NCBI GenBank assembly: GCA_032718475.1
Contig: JAUCBJ010006913.1
Span: forward strand, 16,113 to 80,112
DNA: 64,000 nucleotides
Reading direction: 5' to 3'
Source: Nemertoderma westbladi
Lineage: Eukaryota > Animalia > Xenacoelomorpha
The translations under genes and the position numbers were made by a program. A model generated the notes under the pieces. It worked only from the letters and a program-made list of their open reading frames with translations, was not told where the DNA came from and made no database searches. Shown here piece by piece: positions 27,601 through 37,913 of the stretch. Every line of letters begins with the position of its first letter. The first letter of the stretch is position 1.

Positions 27601-30600
27601 GGTAAAAAGCAAAAAGCCTTGAAACTAAAACAAAAGAAGTGAGTAGTAGAGCCAGCCAAGACTCTACTCCTGAAGTACCACCGCTATTCTGGTACACAAA
27701 AAGCATTGAAACTAAAACAAAATAAGTGAGTAGTAGAGCCGGCCAAGACTCTACTACTGAAGTACCACCGCTATTCTGGTACACAAAAACCATTGAAACT
27801 AAAACAAAAGAAGTGAGTAGTAGAGCCAGCCAAGACTCTACTACTGAAGTACCACCGCTATTCTGGTACACAAAAAGCATTGAAATTAAAACAAAAGAAG
27901 TGAGTAGTAGAGCCGGCCAAGAATCTACTACTGAAGTACCACCGCTATTCTGGTACACAAAAAGCATTGAAACTAAAACAAAAGAAGTGAGTAGTAGAGC
28001 CGGCCAAGACTCTACTCCTGAAGTACCACCGCTATTCTGGTACACAAAAAGCATTGAAACTAAAACAAAAGAAGTGAGTAGTAGAGCCGGCCAAGACTCT
28101 ACTCCTGAAGTACCACCGCTATTCTGGTACACAAAAAGCATTGAAACTAAAACAAAATAAGTGAGTAGTAGAGCCGGCCAAGACTCTACTACTGAAGTAC
28201 CACCGCTATTCTGGTACACAAAAAGCATTGAAACTAAAACAAAAGAAGTGAGTAGTAGAGCCGGCCAAGACTCTACTACTGAAGTACCACCGCTACTTTG
28301 GTACACAAAAACCATTGAAACTAAATCAAAAGAAGTGAGTAGTAGAGCCGGCCAAGACTCTACTCCTGAAGTACCACCGCTATTCTGGTACACAAAAAGC
28401 ATTGAAACTAAAACAAAATAAGTGAGTAGTAGAGCCGGCCAAGACTCTACTACTGAAGTACCACCGCTATTCTGGTACACAAAAAGCATTGAAACTAAAA
28501 CAAAAGAAGTGAGTAGTAGAGCCGGCCAAGACTCTACTACTGAAGTACCACCGCTATTCTGGTACACAAAAACCATTGAAACTAAAACAAAAGAAGTGAG
28601 TAGTAGAGCCGGCCAAGACTCTACTACTGAAGTACCACCGCTATTCTGGTACACAAAAAGCATTGAAATTAAAACAAAAGAAGTGAGTAGTAGAGCCGGC
28701 CAAGACTCTACTCCTGAAGTACCACCGCTATTCTGGTACACAAAAAGCATTGAAACTAAAACAAAATAAGTGAGTAGTAGAGCCGGCCAAGACTCTACTA
28801 CTGAAGTACCACCGCTATTCTGGTACACAAAAAGCATTGAAATTAAAACAAAAGAAGTGAGTAGTAGAGCCGGCCAAGACTCTACTACTGAAGTACCACC
28901 GCTACTTTGGTACACAAAAACCATTGAAACTAAATCAAAAGAAGTGAGTAGTAGAGCCGGCCAAGACTCTACTCCTGAAGTACCACCGCTATTCTGGTAC
29001 ACAAAAAGCATTGAAACTAAAACAAAATAAGTGAGTAGTAGAGCCGGCCAAGACTCTACTACTGAAGTACCACCGCTATTCTGGTACACAAAAAGCATTG
29101 AAACTAAAACAAAATAAGTGAGTAGTAGAGCCGGCCAAGACTCTACTACTGAAGTACCACCGCTATTCTGGTACACAAAAAGCATTGAAACTAAAACAAA
29201 ATAAGTGAGTAGTAGAGCCGGCCAAGACTCTACTACTGAAGTACCACCGCTACTTTGGTACACAAAAACCATTGAAACTAAATCAAAAGAAGTGAGTAGT
29301 AGAGCCGGCCAAGACTCTACTCCTGAAGTACCACCGCTATTCTGGTACACAAAAAGCATTGAAACTAAAACAAAATAAGTGAGTAGTAGAGCCGGCCAAG
29401 ACTCTACTACTGAAGTACCACCGCTATTCTGGTACACAAAAAGCATTGAAATTAAAACAAAAGAAGTGAGTAGTAGAGCCGGCCAAGACTCTACTACTGA
29501 AGTACCACCGCTACTTTGGTACACAAAAACCATTGAAACTAAATCAAAAGAAGTGAGTAGTAGAGCCGGCCAAGACTCTACTCCTGAAGTACCACCGCTA
29601 TTCTGGTACACAAAAAGCATTGAAACTAAAACAAAATAAGTGAGTAGTAGAGCCGGCCAAGACTCTACTACTGAAGTACCACCGCTATTCTGGTACACAA
29701 AAAGCATTGAAACTAAAACAAAATAAGTGAGTAGTAGAGCCGGCCAAGACTCTACTACTGAAGTACCACCGCTATTCTGGTACACAAAAAGCATTGAAAC
29801 TAAAACAAAATAAGTGAGTAGTAGAGCCGGCCAAGACTCTACTACTGAAGTACCACCGCTATTCTGGTACACAAAAAGCATTGAAATTAAAACAAAAGAA
29901 GTGAGTAGTAGAGCCGGCCAAGACTCTACTACTGAAGTACCACCGCTACTTTGGTACACAAAAACCATTGAAACTAAATCAAAAGAAGTGAGTAGTAGAG
30001 CCGGCCAAGACTCTACTCCTGAAGTACCACCGCTATTCTGGTACACAAAAAGCATTGAAACTAAAACAAAATAAGTGAGTAGTAGAGCCGGCCAAGACTC
30101 TACTACTGAAGTACCACCGCTATTCTGGTACACAAAAAGCATTGAAACTAAAACAAAATAAGTGAGTAGTAGAGCCGGCCAAGACTCTACTACTGAAGTA
30201 CCACCGCTATTCTGGTACACAAAAAGCATTGAAACTAAAACAAAATAAGTGAGTAGTAGAGCCGGCCAAGACTCTACTACTGAAGTACCACCGCTACTTT
30301 GGTACACAAAAACCATTGAAACTAAATCAAAAGAAGTGAGTAGTAGAGCCGGCCAAGACTCTACTCCTGAAGTACCACCGCTATTCTGGTACACAAAAAG
30401 CATTGAAACTAAAACAAAATAAGTGAGTAGTAGAGCCGGCCAAGACTCTACTACTGAAGTACCACCGCTATTCTGGTACACAAAAAGCATTGAAACTAAA
30501 ACAAAAGAAGTGAGTAGTAGAGCCGGCCAAGACTCTACTACTGAAGTACCACCGCTATTCTGGTACACAAAAACCATTGAAACTAAAACAAAAGAAGTGA

Positions 30601-31170
30601 GTAGTAGAGCCGGCCAAGACTCTACTACTGAAGTACCACCGCTATTCTGGTACACAAAAAGCATTGAAATTAAAACAAAAGAAGTGAGTAGTAGAGCCGG
30701 CCAAGACTCTACTCCTGAAGTACCACCGCTATTCTGGTACACAAAAAGCATTGAAACTAAAACAAAATAAGTGAGTAGTAGAGCCGGCCAAGACTCTACT
30801 ACTGAAGTACCACCGCTATTCTGGTACACAAAAAGCATTGAAACTAAAACAAAAGAAGTGAGTAGTAGAGCCGGCCAAGACTCTACTCCTGAAGTACCAC
30901 CGCTATTCTGGTACACAAAAAGCATTGAAACTAAAACAAAAGAAGTGAGAAGTAGAGCCGGCCAAGACTCTACTACTGAAGTACCACCGCTATTCTGGTA
31001 CACAAAAAGCATTGAAACTAAAACAAAAGAAGTGAGTAGTAGAGCCGGCCAAGACTCTACTCCTGAAGTACCACCGCTATTCTGGTACACAAAAAGCATT
31101 GAAACTAAAACAAAAGAAGTGAGTAGTAGAGCCGGCCAAGACTCTACTACTGAAGTACCACCGCTATTCT
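27601..31170. repeat. 87-bp satellite, block 2 (41 units, first unit degenerate)
   Basis: Same monomer as block 1; 3570 bp = 41 x 87 + 3; first unit begins GGTAAAAAGCAAAAAGCCTTGAAAC. Confidence 0.98.
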
Positions 31171-32176
31171 GAACAACATCAGCATTTAAATCAGGAAATG
31201 GGAAGACAGTAACCAGAAAGTCGTTAATAATTACTGTAATTACTGCAGTATCATAGTTAAATGTAAAAAAGTATTAAAAATTAGTAAAAATAGTGTAGAT
31301 GTAAGTAGTATGTATAGTATACACGGGGAGGGGGCTTTATGCTAATAGCAATGGTCAATTAATATTTCGTATCATGTTAAAATCTCAATTAAGAGAAAGG
31401 AAGGGAGTATGTTACAGTGGCAATAATATCATCCTAATTCATTAGTTATTATCACCGATAAAACTCACCCGTTGAGGAAAAATTATGAAAACAGCCAAGT
31501 CATCCTGTACGGAATATAATTATAGGAATTCCCCCCCCCCCCCCCCCCCCCCCTTCACTAACCCTCCACTCTCCTGAGCAACCCTTGTTGTTAAGTGTCT
31601 GGCCCTCGGCTTCACTAAAGTCAGTTAAAAGCTACAGTATGATTTATTTCGGCGCAGATTAACTAAGAGCAGCTGAGGAACTCGTTTCTACACCCTCAGA
31701 TATCCATTAACTCAACGGTTAATCACTGATACCCACTGGGGCGACCAGCTCCCCTACCGGTAGCCAGCTACTCTACTCTACAGCTATGGGCCTACAGTAT
31801 AGCCGGTCCCAGGATCACCATGGCTTATCTGTGCAGCACTTAACCTTCGGATACAGAGTTGGCGGATTAAATGCTGCGGGTTATCTACGTGGGGGAAAAA
31901 CGAATCAGTGGAAAATGCGTTAAAATCCCCAGAAATGCTAAGAAACTATCGGATTTGTGTTGGATAGTGTACTCTATATTACATTTTGAGAGATTAGTGA
32001 CGATTCAATACTCAACTATACAGTATAATTAAGTTTGCTTAGGTACTGTATATTACAGTAGTTGCTAATAATACTGTATATAATGTAAACTGTTGAATAT
32101 ATGACTAATGGAACACTTTCCAGTAATACAGTAAGAAGTATAGCGTCTCACTAGGGCTATTGTATATTTACATCGT

Positions 32177-32441
32177 ACTTACTACGAGGATCGGCATGCT
32201 GCATTGCAGCTGCATAAGGATGCTGTGCCGGGTTTTCCACATAATTGCGCCGCCACAACTCCCTATCACCCATGACATTTGCTAGATCAGCCGCATCTTC
32301 AAGGCCAGTGTCCTTTAAGATGCGTCTCCAGAAAGTCATGGGCTGTCCACCATGCTTATTCACTCCATGAGGCTGCCAAAGTACAAGATTATGCACTGGC
32401 TGGTCCTCACCGCGAAAGCAATATCCTGCAAAGCGGAGGCG
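32177..32441 (-). mobile_element. Short 3' fragment of the same RTE-like LINE family as 6871-7821
   Basis: Translation VHNLVLWQPH...DLANVMGDRELWR matches ORF 7282-7779; shared 3' UTR GCAGCTGCAATGCAGCATGCCGATCCT; TSD ATTTACATCGT at 32166-32176 and 32442-32452. Confidence 0.9.
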
Positions 32442-32719
32442 ATTTACATCGTGCTATACTGTACATAATCTATATCTGGATCAAATTGGAGATTAAACTT
32501 TGTTATGAAATATTTACTGATATACTAGTGTCAAATGTCCCAACCTGAGGAACTTTGATAAATATGAAAAATAAATATACAAGATTATATATCAGACATA
32601 TTCTGTAAACTTTAACATAATACCATAAATAGTTGACGATCATTTTCATATATCCAAAAGAAATGTTAATGATACATATGAAAGGGGGTTACAGTAACTA
32701 TTTTAATTTCCTTTTTCAG

Positions 32720-32967
32720 ACACTCCTGCTGTTAATATATCGGTCAGCAGTAAAGTCCAGTACATTCAGCTGGGCAGTAGAGCTGAACTGGTGTGCGACA
32801 GTAGAGGTTACCCTGAGCCTGACATACACTGGAGCAGACTGGAGGCGCCTCTACCGGGAAGCACTAAGGTCGACGGGGGCCGTCTGGTCATACAGTCTGG
32901 AACTGCAGAGGACGCCGGCACATACAGATGCGTGGGCGTAAATGATTTCGGTTCGGCCCAATCTGAG
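32720..32967 (+). CDS. Internal exon of a host gene encoding an I-set immunoglobulin domain (perlecan/hemicentin-like)
   Basis: Acceptor TTTCCTTTTTCAG, donor GAG|GTGCGT. Reads TPAVNISVSSKVQYIQLGSRAELVCDSRGYPEPDIHWSRLEAPLPGSTKVDGGRLVIQSGTAEDAGTYRCVGVNDFGSAQSE, with the canonical C...W...DAGxYxC pattern. Confidence 0.88.
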
Positions 32968-32971
32968 GTGC

Positions 32972-33282
32972 GTGGAAGTTGTTGCCTAGGATACATACAG
33001 TATAGTGGAAGTTGTTGCCTAGGATACATACAGTATAGTGGAAGTTGTTGCCTAGGATACATACAGTATAGTGGAAGTTGTTGCCTCGGATACATACAGT
33101 ATAGTGGAAGCAAAAGCCGTTGTCTGGGATATATACATACAGTATAGTGGAAGCAAAAGCCGTTGTCTGGGATATATACATACAGTATAGTGGAGGTTAA
33201 AATGGCTGTCTGTCTAGGGTACATGTACATGTACTACTAGTTAAAGCTGTTGCCTAGGATACATATACAGTAGTGGAAGTTA
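32972..33282. repeat. 33-bp minisatellite (GTGGAAGTTGTTGCCTAGGATACATACAGTATA) decaying into longer variants
   Basis: Four near-perfect copies followed by degenerate ones, starting directly at the splice donor. Confidence 0.9.
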
Positions 33283-33585
33283 ATGTGGTTCTCTTCTCTC
33301 TTAGATACGTATTAGTGGAGTTTGTTGTTGTTGTTGTTTGCAGTTTATTGAATGTCCAGGCCTACTTTATATATTTGTTTTTATATGTACTGTACATATA
33401 TGTTATGTCTTTGCTGTGTGTTGAATGTGTGACAATCATATAATATTTAACAATAGGGTTGTTGGTGCGCAAAAAAAATGTTGTGCTAGAAACTATTGAA
33501 TAATGGGTAACAAGGTGGTCTGAATCACGTTTCAATATAAAAAATGTTTCGATATAAAATATCAATTCACGTCACGTTTCAATAT

Positions 33586-33656
33586 ATAAAATAGCACTTG
33601 GAGTAGGCCTAGACCTACAGTGTGTGCCAATATGTAAAAAAGCACTTGGAGTAGGC
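33586..33656. repeat. 48-bp satellite, left remnant
   Basis: AAAATAGCACTTGGAGTAGGCCTAGACCTACAGTGTGTGCC, same as the array at 46974-48133. Confidence 0.9.
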
Positions 33657-34849
33657 TGTTCGCGCTTTCAGACCTATGGCAGTTTAACCCACCAAATTAA
33701 GATGTCTTCTAGATATTAAATCGGTTTTTAGTCTATGACAAGTATTTGATTCACTACACTAGTCGAAACCAATCTGTGCGCGATCATTCACCCGCTGGAT
33801 ATTCCCGGGAGATTGGGTTCGACGGTTTAATTTTATTGCTATGTAAGCCTAATGTATTATTCGACTGACAGTATTATATAATCTCTGACAATATTATTCA
33901 CCTTCGGGAATATTAACAGTTCCTTTAGGACGTGGCGCTTTATCTATATAAACAGAGTTATGACTTAAACTACTCACAACGATATGGCTCAATTATAATT
34001 CACATATATGGCGCATTCTTTAGGAATTGCTTCTTTAACAGACTCACTCATACACAATGCTGCACAATACTGCACACTAATCTGCCAATCTTCACTGATT
34101 TTAGTCACATATAAAAGGAACACAGACTGACTCATGTAGGGTCTATCAAATAACATTATATTCAATTCAAACCACTTTAACATAAGTCACAATCGTTATT
34201 GGTAACCTTTCTCTCTTACCTTCGGTATATCAAGAATATTGGGTTTCGGGGTTATTTATCGTTATTCCAAATATAATAATTCATCAACCATATTATGAAG
34301 AACTGACAGTAAATAGCAGTATAAAACAACAATGAAAACACTGATTGTTATGAGTTTGCAATGTTTCAGCAGTCAGTATGTATGATCAGTTAGCAGTTAA
34401 AGGATATATGTCTTTATAATTAAACCTACTAGTGTAAGACTAAAAACTGAAACACGGAGGTGCCAAAAGCCGGTTCTTAGGCTCTGGGCAAAAACATAAC
34501 ACTGAACTACTGAGTTTCTGTATATACCTCCAACACAGAGACAACAAACGCTCTGATTGGTCAACCTGAACAACGAGAGAACAAAGAAACAAAGAAACGT
34601 CGACGTGGCAATATCAGCTGCTAGCCGACGTCATGGTAGCGACACTGTTTTCAAGAGTATCGAGCTTTTACGTCACGGAATTACGGATTATGTCCTCTAA
34701 AGTACAAATACAGAAGAAATAGCTTTTATGTCCGCTAAAACACCAGTACAGCAAGGACACGGCCTTTTTATGCCTGGTAAACCAACTACAGAGTATTTTA
34801 CGGGAAAAATAAGGAAAAATAACCGGACAATTCAGCAAAAGCTTTTACA
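33657..34849 (-). repeat. 3' LTR of BEL element 1
   Basis: Near-identical to 45781-46973; one substitution noticed (CAACGATATG vs CAACAATATG). Confidence 0.96.
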
Positions 34850-37800
34850 CCGCTCCCAGAAAATGGGATTTTCAGTCTATAAAATATAAAAATCACAGTT
34901 TCTAAAACATAAAGATACTCTAAACAGTTAGTCTTTCTTACGCAGACGGCGTTTACGCAGTTTTTTGAGGCTAGCAAGAGTCTTTTTCTCTTTGGGGGGA
35001 GCCACTTTACTAGGAGGGCCATAACTCCTGGGTGAAGGGTGCAATATGATTGCATCAGAAGGTGTAGGATTGTGGTCGAGGTATCTGCCGTTTCGATATG
35101 CTTCTCCTCGAGCTGATTTTCCTCCGCTCGTAGCTGGATACGTTCATCCAAAAACTCTCGCAGAGAATAGGATCGTCCAAGTTCGATAACTTCTTAGAGA
35201 TTCTGGATTTCCCAATCGAATTGAGATAAGGCCAATTCGTTTATCGATTGGACTTACTGTTATAACTTACGTTTATCTGAACAAACGCAGGTTTCCTTTT
35301 TGATCTTTATAGAATATCGTTTAACTCGTTTCGTACAACGCTCTCCTTCACCTTGATGAGGGGTTGTATCGCGTTAAACGTGGACGACCATACGGTTGGA
35401 TAGTGATATTAGGTGTCTGCGTCACAATCCGGCTAGGTAAGATGAGCGGCTAGCTAGAAATCACTGTCGAAGTGTTACCGATTAATTGTTAGGGTAGCAC
35501 TAGATCTTTGAACAGTGAATACAGTCCGCGAGGATCCGCGACACCACCAGGATCGCAGGTCTGAGGTCCAACTAAGGAATGAGGAGGTTTGACCGAGTAT
35601 TCCGGGACTCTGATCGTAGGTTTACTCCAGGATCGTTCGAGCCGAGTGAGCATAGGTGATACGTCAAACAAGTTTCGCTCGAAACTCCAGTAAATATAAC
35701 GAACACAACTGTGTTTAACACAACGTTTCCGTGGATGTTTATGTCTTTCCGTTTATTGGCTGGGTCTAGGGCATTTATCGTAATAATACCAAAGACGCAC
35801 GTCTGGTAGGGGAAACGCGGATGATATTTATTTGTTGTTACAATGCTTCTATCAAGAATTCCAAATATATGTTGGAGTTACTGCGTTTATTTGTTTCTTT
35901 AATGTCTTTTCTTTCGAGCCGATTTCGAATAGAATTTTCGCATTCGAATTTCAGTTTATGGTTCCGACTCCGCTGGGCAAGATATATAGTCGACATAGTC
36001 CGTATTGTGTAAATCGATAGAATGACCAGTAGTTAAGAAGCCCATATACGTACCATTACGCTGCGTATATCGAGCAGCGAATTTTCTATAGTCCAACTCT
36101 CGCGAGAGCTGCACTTGGGACATTGTCGGTTCGATATAACGACCATCGTCCTCTGCAGCAGTTGGACTAACGTCGCCGCGTATTAAGCTATCAACAAACG
36201 CTTGTAAAAGTAGAGTATATCGCTCCCCGATACCAAGACCATCTTCTATCAACTCCGTCATATCTGCTATATATGAGTTTATCCATATTATAATGAGTCC
36301 ACATTTAGGCGAGCGGGCGTCGCTGCCTACCCCAATCAACCCCCGGACAGTACGAGATCCTCAGCGCCGATGTGTCGTCGCCGCTGTACTTTCGCCAACG
36401 ACGTAGCCGCACAACGACAACGACAACCGGCACAAGTCACTCGACTGTCCGTCCCAAAGGCTTAGATGTACTTCAGGTATTCCTTGGAGAGTTAGGTTAC
36501 TTTACGATTGCGACTAGCTACTGTAAACACACTTTAGCAGTAACATTCACCTATAAACTCACAAATACCACACAACTGGTCACAACTACGCACATTCGGG
36601 CCATTTGTCCGTTAGTCAATGCCTTCCAGAATGTCACTGTATTATTATGTATCCTTGGATACTAGTAGTGCGCTATTTATTCCCTATGCTATTCAATGGG
36701 ACAAGCTTTCTATTGTTCTTTTGACTCAATTCTAATTCTAGCGTGGTTGTTGCTATGGTGACATTATGCAAAGCTAGCGGTAGAATTAGGGTGATTCCAA
36801 TGCATACAGATCTGGGATGTTATTTAATAGTATTCTTTAATAGTCAATGTTCTGTTTTATACATGACTTTATGAATTTTATCGGCTATTGACTATGTTTG
36901 GGAGACTTTCACACACTCATACGCATGATAAGATAAATCTCCGCTCCCTTGATCTATTAATTAATGGAATTTTGGGAACTTTATAAATTGCGTAAAAATG
37001 GCAATTTATTAAATTCATTAAAAGGCATGAATTTAAATTTATTCCCTGAAATTTTATTATTTGATAATTAAATGGACATATTTTGATTCTAGAACATGTC
37101 TAGGGACACAAGATCCTTAATTCTATGACAATTGTCTTTTTTAAGAATATCGGTAAATGCTACGATATCTTAATTGACTAGAATTGCTGAAGGATCTGAA
37201 TTTTACAGATTTTGATTTATTAGATTTGCAAATATTAAATAATTAATATTTGAGATGGGCACCGATTTATTCCAGAACTTGTCTGGGGACGTTAACCACT
37301 GATTCTAGAATTTGTCTTTCAAGTATATCGGTGGGTGCCGCGATATCTTAATCGACTAGAATTACAGATGGTCAAAGGGTTTAACAGATTTATTTTGCGT
37401 GATACGCTACTGTTAAAGGGACATCACGCTACTATATGTATTATTTAATATACGGTATGAGAGCAATATCGCACGAAGCAATGTCAGTGTGAAGAGGCAA
37501 GTCGTTTCCAAGGTCTACCCAGAGCTTGGTTTAGCCGAGACACGAGGATCTGAACTTTGCATTCCTAATACTCTGCCTACCAATAATACTTAAATATAGT
37601 AGTGGCTTTATTGTACTTTAATAAGTACGGACATTTCGTCTTACTGTAGTCACGTATTTATAATATGATACGGACAGTAAGGAAAGAGGAAAAGAATTAT
37701 TTCTTGCCGTCGCATTAAATATAATATATACGTAATTAAGTAATAAACACGAATATATATTGCACTAATCTACTAAATAATCGCTAAAATAACATTCTAC

Positions 37801-37913
37801 TGAATAAAATTAAAGAAAACGATTATAATAAAATTACATAGTAATACATACATAAATATAAAAATAATAAAATAATATAAAATAATAGAGTCACACACCC
37901 ACTCCATATGTTG

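Noticed and set aside
8030-31170. CRISPR array interpretation of the hairpin-containing repeat
   Set aside because: No unique spacers, no cas genes, eukaryotic context.
31790-31900. Twister-ribozyme-like GCCGGTCCCA motif
   Set aside because: Could not find the remaining conserved segments or pseudoknot pairings by eye.
32968-33147. Cys-rich extension of the Ig ORF, (GSCCLGYIQYS)n
   Set aside because: Read-through past the splice donor into an intronic 33-bp minisatellite.
37080-37380. Diverged duplication of about 185 bp inside element 1
   Set aside because: Real, but an ordinary internal duplication with no further signal.
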